Source: Proteromonas lacertae
Taxonomy: Eukaryota
Direction: 5' to 3'
Length of the DNA: 64,000 nt
NCBI GenBank assembly: GCA_002245135.1
Contig: NGBS01000296.1
Coordinates: 1 to 64,000, forward strand
Both the position numbers and the translations under genes were made by a program. Of this stretch, positions 36,293-49,903 are shown piece by piece (the stretch's first letter is position 1; each line of letters begins with the position of its first letter). The notes beneath the pieces were generated by a model. The model was given only the letters and a program-made list of their open reading frames with translations, did not search any database and had not been told where the DNA came from.

Positions 36293-39200
36293 ATGCGATT
36301 AAGAAGAACTACTGCAACAAGTTTTGTATATTATGATAATATAAAGGATATTAAACTTAAATTGAACGTTAAGAATGGCAAAGCTTTCTTTTCTTGTGAA
36401 AATCCATTTCTTTTAGTCAGAGATTGCTTCATTAGAATATACAGTGAGATGAAAAGTATTATCAAGAATCGTAGTGTAACTAAAAATCAAAAATGTTTTT
36501 TGGTGTATGGTAACAAGGGAATAGGTAAGACAACCTTTTGTTGTTTTCTATCGTATTGTTTAAACATAGATGAAGATTTCAAGGAGTACAATATTGTTGT
36601 GGTTTATACAAAGCTAGTAAAACGTTATCATTTTCGAGAAGCTTATGGTGTAGTATATGAAGATAAAAGCGAACTACCTAATACAAGCAGAAAAACAATA
36701 ATTATCAGTGATAATTTGGAAATTAAAGAAGATGACTACAGTAATGCTGAGGTAGTTATTATGGTATCTTCCCCCAAAGTAGAGAATTATAAAGTTATGA
36801 GTAATAAAAGAGCTCCAGTTCAATTCTATTTACTACCTCTCACACCAGAAGAAGCTGATTGCTGTGATCATAGGTTGAAAGAAATTGAATATTCAATTAA
36901 TTATTATGATGTAGATAGAGATGGTTTACCATCATATATACCACCATCATACAATGAAAACATTTTTATATATGATACTAATAGAATAGATGCAGTTACA
37001 GATAGAATAAAGTTTATATCAAAAGAAATAGAAAAAGAAGTTCTTATAAAATGTTTCAATAGTAAAGAAAAGTTTGAAGATTTATTTAAATTATTTAAAC
37101 ATGAAAGAGAAGGAATTATATTTGAAAGAATGATGCATATTATAATAAGAGATAGGTGTATTGATAACAATAGTATAATATATATTCATGGTAACATATC
37201 ATATCATTGGAAAATGCAAGAATTTGTTGATGGTTATATTAACTCTACACCTACGAAGAGATATTATATTGATAATGGTAATAATACTACATCAGAAGTT
37301 GATTCAATGTATGTTGATTTTAGTGAAATTCACAATTTCCCAGCAATTGATGGCTGTATTACCAATAAATTCAACATTACATCAGTTCAAATGACAATGT
37401 CTGCTGATCATTCTATAGTAAATACAGTAATTGTATTTCTGAATGTATTTATATAGAATCTTATATTTAATTAGATGATATACAATCGTCATAAGGATGT
37501 GATGATAAACTACATATTGAATCCACCTGCAAATAATCCATTTCCAGAAGGTATTTCACAAGAATCTTCACTTTATGAACTTGGTTATATACCAATTACT
37601 TTTAAGAGATATAAAATATTTTCGATGGATCAACGTAAAAGAATTCTATGTGAAAGTTATGTATATTATTATTACTGTTATTATTTATAGTTTATAATCA
37701 ATGAAATCAACTCCATAAAAGACACTTCTGGTTTGATTAATACATATAGTGTAAAAAGACAAGAAGAATTCAATAAGATCATGGATAGTGATAAGAAAAG
37801 GTTTGAAGCATTAGAGCGTGGATTAATGGGATTTAGGTTGGAATCTTCTAAAGAAAATGATTTAAGTAGCTTGGTAGGTGTATTAAAAAAACAATTGCCA
37901 GAAATCGTAAAGAAATTAGAAGAAAAATATAATGAATTGGTAAAACAATTAGATGATATTTCAGTACCAATTGAAGCATATAAATTAAAAACTACTTTAC
38001 TTATATTTAGCAATCTAGTTGATAGAATTGTAATACAAATGAAAGAATCAAAAGAATCAGATGAATCAATACAATCCAATGAATCAAGAGCAATAAGAAT
38101 GAAATTACCACCACTACAAGACATAATCACTGAATTAGAGAAAAAAATAGATGAGTTAAAAGCAAATATATCAACCAAAATAACTGAAGTGGATAATAAG
38201 TTTATTAAACAATTAGATAAAGCAAAAAGCGAACCAAATTATTCAACTATTATACAAGAAATCCAAAACCAGATAGTAATATTGCATAATAAACCTCAAG
38301 AATTACTTACTGATTTAAAGTCAATATCCAGTGAATCAATTCATGAAATTAATGATCTAGTTTTATTGTTTGAAAATGCATTACCTGCTATATCCAGTAG
38401 ATTAAAAGATTTATATAATAAAATGACTGAATTACAAAATAATCCAGAAGAATTAATTAAAAATTGTTGTGAATCACAGTTATTGAATAGTGATTTATAC
38501 TTAATTCATAAGATATTACAATCATATTTACAGTTTAACTCCAATAATGATCTTCAAACATTTCTGTCATATTTAGATTATTTAATAAAGAAATTTTCAT
38601 CATTAAGAAATAATGGAATAGATGAAGATAATGGTCATTCAGGAAAAGAAAATCTTACTGATGAAATTATAATCCCAAAATTAAAAAATATGCATTATGA
38701 ATTTCTTTCATTTCAATATCAGCTTCAATTATTAGATATATATGATCTTGATGAAGCAAATGAAATAGTAAAAGTAAAGTTTAGTTGTGAACAGTTACAT
38801 AATCTGAATGATTATTTAATCGATGTAATATACCATGACTTAAAGGATGATAAAGAGAAAGAAGATATGAATGAAGAAATTGTTAAAGTATATATATATA
38901 TATATATATAATTTTATGATTATATTATTATAGAAAATTCAAAAAGAAATAGAATCAAATAGAAATTTTACTACAGATGTTATTACAGAATTATTCAGAT
39001 GTAATCCAATATTTAAAATAGTGATTGTTGCATATGAACGTGATGAAGTTAAACACCCACTTAAAATAGGTTTTGCTGGTTTTGGACAATATGGCGCAAA
39101 ATATAAAGAAGAAATGATAAAAGATATGAAAAAGACTTATAAATGGGATGTTAAAGATGAAATTGATAAAAATAAAAACATAATAATAGAACCAGAACAT

Positions 39201-42200
39201 ATAGTCATATCTATTAAATCAAAAAGACTTCGATTTTCTCATTTGAAAATAACTGAAAAAGATTTGTTGGATGCTTTAACTTATATAAAATCTCCTGAAA
39301 TGAAAAACGATAGTGAAGATACATTACAATTTGAACCAAGTAAATACTCATGTTTACTTATTCAAAAACCGTTAGAAAAGAAAATGAATGAAGAAAAAGA
39401 TATTACAATTTTGATTGATGAACTTAACGATATTATTAAGAAACCTTATAGCAAAGATAGTTTAAAACAAACAATAGATAAACACCAAAATTTTGTAAGT
39501 AATTTAAGTGTTAATAGTCATTTGGAATTAAATGATGGGAATAAAATAATAATAAACGAAATTGAAAAAGTGTGTAAGAGAATAGATGAAAGTATAGTGC
39601 TAAATGAAACGATAGAAAAAGTAGAACACTTGAAAGACAATATTGGATTTACTTTACCTACAAGAAAGTATGTAGATAAACTATTATCAGTATTACCTTT
39701 TAATACTGCTAAAGAGTCAATAGATAAGTTATTATCTGAATTATTTTTTCCTGTTAATAGAGAAAAAATAGATGAGTTTCTACAAAATTTTGGTGTTGAA
39801 AATAGTAAGAAATATAATGAATTTTTTTCATCACTACAACTTACTATTTGTAGGAATTACCAAAGAATGATATTATCAAAATTACTTGTTGATAATACAA
39901 TAGAGGCTATTTATAAAATGTTACCAACATTAGTTGGTAAAGCTAAAGATGATATTTATAATTTATTATCACCATTTCATGTTGATAATTCTAAAGAGAA
40001 TATTTATAATTTTATATCAAGTTTACCTGAAGATGCTGATGAAGAGTATAAAAAGAAATCGTTATTAGAATTACCAATAATTATTAATGAAGATTACATT
40101 GATGGTTTGTTATTTGAATTACCTGTTGAAGCTACTAAAGATGATATAAAAGAGTTATTATATAAATCTAGTATTGCTTTTGATGAAAATGTTCTTGATG
40201 ATTCATTTTCTGAATTAGTTACATTGAATGAAGAAAGTAGAAATAAATTCATATCTAAAATCATTTGTTTTAAACTATTTGCTAATGAAGAAGAGAATAT
40301 CAAAAATTTAATATCACCTTTTACTATTAATGAAGGATGTATAAGCAAATTATTATATGAATTACTTTTTTATGCTAGTGAAGTCTACATAGAAAATTTG
40401 TTATTTGAATTACCTGATAATTCTACTGAAGATGATATTAGACAGTTATTTTCTGAATCATATATTACTGTTAATGAAGAATCTAAAGAAGAGTTTTTAT
40501 CACATTTACCCATTCCCAATGAAGATGATATTTGCAAGTATTTTTCAACATTATCTATTGATCAAGAGTATAATAATAAGTTATTTTCTGAATCACCAAT
40601 CCCTATTAGTCAAGATAATCAAAGTTATTTATTATCATTAACTAATATAGATTATGTTAAGCAGTTTTCATCCAATTTACTGGATAATGCTAAAAGAGAA
40701 TATAATGAAAAGTTAATAGCTTCATATAATGCAATTACCGAAATTAAAGGAAAATTAAAAGATAATTGTATAACATGTACAAGTATATTTATATTAATGT
40801 AATATTCTAATAATAGAAACAAATTCTTTATGTCGAATATTTGATAAACCAGTAATTCTAAATAGTGATGATACAATAAGCATTCAATGTGATATATATC
40901 AATATCCCAAAAATAGAGTGTATATCCGAGATGTTTATAAAGATATATGGAATGAGTTAAAATATTTGATATTGTTTGCTGAGTTGAAAAAATTTTCATT
41001 CAAAAGAAACAGAAAAAGTAGTAAGTTAATAATAGATATATTGAATGGATGGATTATAGAGGAAGATCCAAAACAAATTACTATCGAAGAATATAAAGGA
41101 GAAGATAAAGATGATTATATAATGGAATATCTACAAGGTGTGAGTGCTTTGATTTTAGAAAGAAAATTCAAAAAAAAATTCAATGTAGATGAAAGTTTTA
41201 GAATTTTGTTAAGAGGAAATCCAGGATGTGGTAAAACCTCCTTTATAATATTCTTATTGAAGACGATCATTGAATTGAATAACACAATCAAAGAAAAGAA
41301 TACCGAATTGAATAAAGCAATCAAAGAAAAGAATACCGAATTAAATAATCAGGAAAATGAATTAAAAACTGAAGATCTAATAAAAGCATCAATATATAAA
41401 AATGGAGGTGAAAGTGTTGGTAATAAATATCGATTAATAGATGACAATGTAAATACAATAACTGATAATGCTGATTACTATGATATAGCTATATGCGATT
41501 CATATAACCTTGATGTAAATACTTCAAATGCTTACATTGTGTTATATGTTACTTCACCAGATAATAAGAATTATGATAATTTTTATAATTCAGAATTTAA
41601 TCGAATATATTATTATATGGATGTATTTGGCAATGATGAAATAGTAGACTGGGGGAAAAAATGTTTACCAACAGCTTTTAGAAAATCAATCTTAGATAAT
41701 AAATATAACCAGAAATATGGAAATGTTCCAAGACACATTTATTATGCTTCTATATATGATGTGTGTTATAAAAGAGATTACTGGAATGAGTTATACTCAA
41801 TAGGAATAAAAAGGATAATTGGTGGAATGGGATATAAGGAATTTCTAATGAGATATCTTATTAAGCCTAGAAGAAATAATCCTCAAAATAATACAACAAC
41901 ATTTGATAGTACATTAAGTCATTATATGGTGAAATATTCATATATTAATTTTCATGAAATAAATAAGAATTATATGGAGTTTATATCTAATGAAGTGTTT
42001 GATTTTCTATACTATACTATTAAACACAAAGCTGAAGAAGAAAATGTAAAAGAAATACAAAGTATATTTGAAAGTTATTTTAATGAAAAAGATAATCAAC
42101 TATTTCAATCATTATTTGAAGAACTAGTTTTTTACAACTGTTTATATAAAACAGAAAAGTTAGTTCTAAAGAATGATAAATCTGCAATTGCTTTAAAAGA

Positions 42201-42681
42201 GATAAAAGAAGATGAATTTGAAAAGTTTAAAGAATTATTCGATACAGATATATATTCTACAAAAGAGAATGGAGTTTATATACTTCATTTAGCAACTCTT
42301 AAGAATAGAGAAATGATATATTTGATGAATAACTGTTTTATTCATATTATAAGTGATGAACGAATAAAAAAACATAGTGATATAGTTGAAGGATATAATA
42401 GAATAATTGATGAATGTATTGTACAATTAGCTATGACAATGGGATGGTTAGAATTTCATTATGTTTTTGTTTCATCAAAAGGAAAAACTAAACAATCAAC
42501 TGAAGAGAAAATGTTAAAATCACACTTCAATCCAATAAATATTCCTTTCACTACTAATAGTGAATATACTACAACAAAATTTACTGCAAATGGTGTGGAA
42601 TATACAGCTATAAAACAATTCTATCGTTCAGAATTTACAAAAGATGTGTATGAACAATATTTTGATTTGATTGAAATATAA
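36293..42681 (+). CDS. Crinkler/RHS (CR)-type protein with two P-loop NTPase(+REase-fold) modules separated by a helical repeat region
   Basis: Introns 37445-37474, 37661-37690, 38888-38933 and one starting near 40783 join five ORFs in frame. Module 1: GNKGIGKT, VSSPK, GIIFE, NFPAIDG, VQMTMSADHSI. Module 2: GNPGCGKT, VTSPD, YGNVPRHI, SLFEELV. The true 5' end is uncertain. Confidence 0.7.
41272..41349 (+). repeat. 33-bp in-frame tandem repeat (about 2.4 copies)
   Basis: Encodes ELNNTIKEKNT ELNKAIKEKNT ELNN directly after the second Walker A helix. Confidence 0.9.
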
Positions 42682-42766
42682 AATGAAACACTTTATATTA
42701 TTATATTATATAATGTTTAATTCTTATATAATGATATTTTGTTGATATAGATTTTAGTTGGAAATT

Positions 42767-43308
42767 ACTCCTTCACCAAATTCACTGACATACTATTGTA
42801 TATATATAATCATAATACAGTATAATCTGGTAATATCGAAGAAAAATAACTTCCCATTCAATCAAAAAAGAAAAAAGAAATTTAAGCCAAAATAAACGCT
42901 CAACAATTTTCGAAAACCACATACTAAAAAAACAAAAGAAAACATAAAATCTAAATTTATTATATTATTCTTATTACTATAATCATTCTCATTAGTTATA
43001 CAATTACTAGAAACAACATTCTCCTCAATTCTCGAAAATTCAATTTCTTTCTTCTTATCATCACTACTTCCTGAACCAGTCCCTGTAGAACTACTTGTAT
43101 TAACAGAAGTTGGGAATATCTTAGTAATTGTCAAACATTTGAAACAATTAATAGTTTTGCTAGTATCATAATATATCTTATATATCTTTGGTATAATCAT
43201 TAAACAACTACATAACAAACCAGAAAATCCCAAAACTAAAACATCAAATATCAATCTTTCACTTGGTTTATAAACAATCATCATATATACACAATAATAT
43301 GCCAATAT
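42767..43308 (-). repeat. Inverted, 5'-truncated copy of 17069-17610
   Basis: The ORF track shows the same AYYCVYMM...KNNIIN peptide; the GPCR stop TAA reads TTA in this copy. Confidence 0.95.
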
Positions 43309-43422
43309 TATTTCATTTCATTATGCAGAAGTAAAAGAAAATGGTATATGTTTGATAAGGTAATCAAACTTATGGAATTTATTATTCATTTTGAAAAAAC
43401 TAAGTTTGGCTTGAATTATTCA

Positions 43423-44094
43423 ATGTCTGTATTACATAAACTAAATTCTAAATGGTGCTTTTGGGAGCAGGTTCCATCTGTTAGAAATGATGCGAATGTA
43501 TATTTGCAAGGAATGCAGGTTATTTGTTCTTTTGATTCAGTTGAAGGTTTTTGGGGATGTTGGCAAAACCTAATACAACCGGTGTATAAATTAATAATTT
43601 TGATGTTGTAATAGAGATGTTTTTCAAATCCGAGATGGTCAAAAAGTACAAATCGAAGTGCTAAACGGAAGGCAATTAGTCCGTCATGAAGTAGAGTCTT
43701 TAAGTTTATTCAGAGATGGAATTAAACCGATGTATGAAGATGAACACAATAAAAACGGTTGTGATTTACAGTTTAAAAGTATTTTTTGAATCTATATTTA
43801 ATATGAATAGTAATTCATCTTGAAAATATACAACGTGTATGGGAACATGTAGTACAAGGTCTAATAGGAGAAACTTTTGATTATACAGGTAAAGAATTAT
43901 GTGGAGCAAGAGTAGTTCATAAAAAGACGAAAGGACGAAATGGTGGTCCAAATTATAGGATAGAAATATGGTTCCAGAATAGTAATCAAAATGAACTTAT
44001 AGAAAAAACCAAATCCTTGTTACTACAAAAATTTTCATTCCTATCAGATGCTCCTAAAGATACAAAAATAGCTAATCATAATGCCACGTGGTAA
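43423..44094 (+). CDS. eIF4E: Translation initiation factor eIF4E family protein
   Basis: HKLNSKWCFW, FDSVEGFW, SLFRDGIKPMYEDEHNKNG, ELCGARV, YRIEIW; two short introns restore the frame. Confidence 0.88.
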
Positions 44095-44234
44095 AGATAA
44101 AACTAATTAATAATAATCTTTTTTTAAATAATAATAATCATCTCAATTGGGTTATAATCTACTTATTACACATAAATACGAAAAAGAATATATGTATATA
44201 TAACAAAAACAGATTAATAACAATAAAAAAATTC

Positions 44235-47200
44235 TCAAAATTGGATATTTCCAAAATACTTTAACAAGCATATATTATAGTCAATCAAGGAACTTATTTT
44301 ATTCATCATTTTATTCTCCTTTCTGTGAAGTTCTTCTAATAATTCCTTAAACTCATTATCTTCATTCAATAAATCACTATATATAACCATAATTCTTCCA
44401 AGTACAGCTTGAATTAGTTCAAAATATAGTTTACTATCAATTCCATCATCCAAAATACATAATAAATATTTTAATGCACTAAACCCTTCAACATCTTCTT
44501 TTCCGTTACATAAAGTCTGCAATTGGAAATCAATTCCTGAAGATGATAATGTCATTAAATATTTCATTACTTTAACATAAGCAGATTCATTTTCTTCTTC
44601 TTCTTCATTATTATTATCTTCAGGTTGTTCATACAATTGATCTAATAGTTGATGTAAATTGTTTTTAGATAACATATCATGATTCTCAATAATATGACTT
44701 TTAAGTTGTTTATTTTTCTCGTCCTTTTCTTCTTCCTCTTTTCCACTTGGATCAGGTATAGCAAATGCAGGTTTAACTCCAGTGATTGTGGGTAAAAAGA
44801 ATGGAGCTTTTTCTGGCTCTTTAGGTGGTTCAATTGGCTTATTTCTTTCTTTTATCAAGTCTAAATTAATAAGTGTAGTCCATTGTGGTTTGGATGATCC
44901 AGCTAATGTTATTAATTCATCAGATAATGGTTTTGAAGGATCATTTTCTTCATTTTCATTCTCTGATAATGATGATGCTTCAATTGTTTCAGTCATTTCT
45001 TTACCATCAGATTGAACTAAACTACTGTTATGTGGAAGTTCTAATACATCTATTTAATAATAATAATCATAATATTTATATACATGGTTTAGTTGGGTAA
45101 TGATTTAAATCAACATTATCAAAGTATATTTTATTCACCCATAAACTAATTCCTAAATTATCAACATGACTTGTAGCTATGTATTCACCAGTAACATTAA
45201 CAGTAACAGAAACAGGACATTCTTCAAAATACACCCAATCAATGCACTTACTTGAAGGAATATCAAATACTCTTAAACAACTATCAGATGAAACGGTATA
45301 TAGCCATCTTCCATTAGGTGAAAAAGTACAATCAGTTATAACACCTTCAAAACAATTAAACAAACGAATTAATTTCTTTTGAACTATATCATATAGTTTC
45401 ACTGTTAAATCATCACACATTAAACATAATATTCCATTATCACGATGAATAACCATTTTGTTAATACCAATTCCAATATCTATATCATCTGTAATTAGTT
45501 GAGATTTTGCATTCCAAAACTTTAAATGTTTATCTAAACTGCTTGATATAATAGTCTATTTATAATAATAATAATAATATACTTGATTTAAACTATCAAA
45601 ACAGATAGAAGTAACATCTTTCGTATGTTTACCTTTACCTGCAGGACGATCTGGAACACTACCAGCTGTTTTTGATATTAAATATCCCTTTTTAAATCCA
45701 ATAGGTAATGAACCACGATATTGACCATTTTGAAGGTTAAATCTATAAATATATATATATATATTCATTATATTAACAATATATATATATACATATGAAT
45801 ATCACCACTTTTATATCCAATCACTGTATAATTACCACATACACTAATAGCACAACATAATGCAACATCTGTATTATCACTTGATAATTGTGACTTTGCC
45901 TTTGAAGTTAAATTTGAATTTGGTTTTTCTCTTAGTGATTCTGGTGGTGGTGTTAATGATAAATCACTTTTTGCTCTATCTTCAAATTTCCATGTAAAAA
46001 CTGTGTTTAAACCTTCATGACAGGTTACTATATTGCACCAATCTCTTTCTCTTAATTCACTTACAGCAAAATCTATTTTACATCAATAATAATAATAATT
46101 TATATACATGTGATATTGGGTAATTTCAACTCATCTACTTCTTTATTATATAATTTAGCTTTCTTTGTAACATTTCCTTGAGACATTTCTATTGATTGAT
46201 TTTCACGAATTGTATGAAATACTCTGAAGGATCGATCACTTCCAGCTGATAGTATTTGAAATATAGTTGCATCACTTCCACTCTCTTTAGTTGCAATCAT
46301 ATCACCACCATAAAACCTTATCATTTGAGGTGGTAAATGATGTCCTTGCCTATAACGTAATAAACGAGGTAAACCATCAGATGAATCAAATATCCACATT
46401 TTAATACTATTATCTGAACTTAAACTAAGTAAAACTGGTTCATTATTCAAAAACTCCAAGTTCAATATTCTATCATAATGACCTTGATGTATTGCATCGA
46501 TTGTATAATGCAATTTCTGTTTCTTTAAGTTCCAAAGGATAATTTCTCCATTTTCAGAACCTGTAGCCATTAATGGATATTGTGATTCATCTGAACGAAA
46601 TGATATTGAAGTAACAGCGGATGATTGTTTGTATGTTATAACAGTTTCATCAGTTTTGAGATTTAAGAAAATAATATTTCCATCATGTAATCCTACAGTG
46701 ATAATATCTAATGCTGGAGATTGACATAATGAATGAATATCTATTAATTATTATTATTATTATTTACAAAATAAAAATAATATATATATACAGTTGTTTT
46801 CAAATCCTTTAAATTCATATATCAATTTACATGTATTTATATTCCATAATTGCAATCTACCATTATCACTACCAATAAGTATTTTATTTAAATATGTTAA
46901 AGGATGCAATATTGCTGTTACTGTAAAGTCTGGATGAAGATTAATTGTGTGAATTTCTTCACCCTCTTTATAATTCCATATTCTCATTGTGTGATCATTT
47001 GCTACTGATATTAAAATATCACCAATAGTTAATAAGTGTGTGATTACATCTGTATGACCTGACAATATTTGAATTTGTGTTGTTCTTTTCCATACTATGA
47101 TTTCATTACCACAGGCTGTAAGTGTAAAATCTTTATACACTGATAATGAACTAATAACTAGAAATAGAATAGATACTTTATCGATTTTGCAATTTGTGGT

Positions 47201-47403
47201 GATATAATTGATACTTTCAGTTTGTCTAATTTATATACTTGGAAAGACTTTCCACAACTAACAGTAAAAAAGTGTTCTGTACCTAATGAAAAATATAAAC
47301 TTCGAAGAATACCCAATGTATTAAGGCATCCAGGTATTGGATCAGATATATATCCAACAGACCTAAATGGTTGAAGTAATTTCGATGAGACTGCTTTGCT
47401 CAT
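44235..47403 (-). CDS. UTP21: U3 snoRNP WD40 protein Utp21/WDR36
   Basis: SKLLQPFRSVGYISD, ILHPLTYLNKILIGS, DNSIKMWIFD, LINLDLIKERNKPIEPPKEPEKAPFFLPT; multi-exon. Confidence 0.92.
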
Positions 47404-47518
47404 CAAAATGCAAAAATAAAATGTTTGAAACGAATATAATTTTTAAACTAATTCGAAAAAAAAGTCGTTTTATCGTTAAATTTTTTTTTTGATTTTTTGT
47501 ATTTAGTTGTATAAGCCA

Positions 47519-49698
47519 ATGCATCGTACATTTTCAGGCAGACCAGGTCTAATTCGTAAAGTCAGTCTTTCACAACAAGTTAGTAGTATGATTTTCAACA
47601 TTATTTCTGTTTGTAGTTGATGACTTTAAAGTATCTGTTCAAAATCATGATAAAGTAATCACTTTGGTGAAAAATGGAGATTTATCTGCATTGATTAATG
47701 GATTAACAAAATTACAAGGTTTTATTCTTCAAAATGCAAAGCCTGATCATGGAATGCTTGATGCATCAATTTTACTTGGGTCAGCTATTGAAAAATTCTG
47801 TCAAGCAAGATATGAGCAAGAGAAAACAAGATATCGTCCAAATGGCACAATTAATGAAGGTATATAAATATATATCTAACATTATTTATGTTTTTTCTAG
47901 AAAAGAACGAAGAGTATGAGAATTGGATTGATAATAGTAATAACTATTGGGCAGAAGAAGTAGATATAAGTGCAGTTTCAGTAAGAAAGCAAAAAGGATT
48001 AAAATCAGATAGTATCGAATCACGTAAAGCTTCCCTTCAAACAGAAAACGCCAATCTCATTCCAATAGACGAAAAGATGGGTTTATTCCAATTAAATCCA
48101 GAAACAACCCCCAAATACCGTAAGAAAATAGTCGTATATGCCTTCCAAACTGATGATCCTTGTACTTTAGAGAAATCTTGGGGTTTAAGTAGTGGTGGTA
48201 AAGGTGATTGGGTAATAGCAGGAGATAAAGGTGATATATATATGTGTAGTGATGAATTATTTATTGCAACATATGAACCAAGCTCAAGTGGTGCTCATCG
48301 ATATCAGAAGAAGGGTTATATTTATGCACAACAAGTGATTCATCGTAACTTTATGGCGAAGACGAAGGATGGTTATCAAGATGGAAATGTATAATTTATA
48401 TATGATTTTATTATTTTGTTAGGCTGGAGATTATCTATTACAAGATCCAAATGGTGAACAATGGACAATGACCAGCGAATTATTCAACGCCACTTATGAA
48501 CCAGAAATTTTAACTAGACATACACGAATGTTGGATGGTATTTTAGAATACAATGAAGAAGACGATAAACAACAACAACAACAACAACAAGATAATGAAT
48601 TAAACAAATCCGTCAATTATTTGAATCATGAAACTATCTCTTACCTTAAACAAAGTGATCAATTATTATTTAATATATTTAAATTTAGTGAAGTTTCTCA
48701 ATACCATCCCTTATCTTCATTAGCATTATATATCTTCCAAAGAAGAGGATTATTGAATGAATATAATATTGATCCAAATACATTTTCATTATTTATTAAT
48801 GAAGTAGAAAGCACTTATCATGATAATCCTTATCATAATAGAATACATGCTGCTGATGTATTACATTCATGTAATTATATTATTAATAATTCTGCATTGA
48901 GAGATAAATTGACTAGTAGTGAGATATTGGCATGTTTGATTGCGGCTTGTGTTCATGATATTGGACATCCTGGTACTAATAATGCATATCAAGTATATAT
49001 ATTTATATATTATTGTTAATATTTAGATTCGTGATCACAATTCATTAGCTCTTTGTTATAATGATAGAAGTGTCTTAGAAAATTTCCACTGTGCAACTGC
49101 ATTCCATATTTTGAGAAAGAAAGATTTCAATATTTTACCAGATACATGTGATAATTACTCATTAATTAGAAATGACATTATAGAAATGGTACTTTCTACT
49201 GATTTAGCTTATCATAAACAATATTTATTAAAGTTTGATGGTTTGATAGATGAAATGACATTATCAAAAACTTCATCCTCTCCAACATCTCCCAATGAAG
49301 CTTTATGTTATAAGAATATCCCTGAAGATAATGATAAGAGATTGCTATTGATGGTAGGAGTAATAAAATCAAGTGATATTGGACATCCCTTCAAGAATTT
49401 AGAATGTCATCAGATATGGTCAAAGTATGTAAATGATGAATTTGCTGCTCAAGCCAAGCAAGAGGAGTTAAGAGGTTTGCCTGTTTCATTTGATGTTGGT
49501 TTGAATAGTATAAAGAGTAAATTCGTTCAATCTCAGATTGGTTTCTTGAAATTCTTAGTTGATCCTTTGTATAGATTATTATTTTTATATTTCTATAGAA
49601 TACAAAAGGTTAATAAACTGTTAGGATGTAATGAAATTGTGAAACAATTAGATTCAAATCTTAATTACTGGATAGACCAACAAAAAGAGTTGGAATGA
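47519..49698 (+). CDS. Class I cyclic-nucleotide phosphodiesterase with two N-terminal PGDYG-like domains
   Basis: YHNRIHAADV, HDIGHPGTNN, YNDRSVLENFH, LSTDL, KSSDIGHP, SQIGF. Short introns join the upstream exons in frame from ATG 47519. Confidence 0.88.
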
Positions 49699-49903
49699 TC
49701 ATGTTAATGTAATTCTTCTTTCTTTTTATGATATTTAATATTATCTAATTCTAAAATTGTTGTGTTTTTATGATGCTATAAAACATAAATAGCAAATTTA
49801 TTAGGTATTGATGAAGGAAATATTTAATACATCAGTGAATAAACCAAAAATGAAATTCTGACATTTCAAATACATTGACATTGTCAGCGTTACGTTGTTG
49901 ATT

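Noticed and set aside
17611..42766. Interval between the 542-bp inverted repeats as a giant transposon or staggered-break inversion
   Set aside because: The repeat is host coding sequence with both native flanks intact at the left copy, and the interval holds housekeeping genes.
42862..43305. 147-aa ORF as an independent membrane protein gene
   Set aside because: It is the truncated duplicated GPCR tail, starts at TTG and has no upstream exon.
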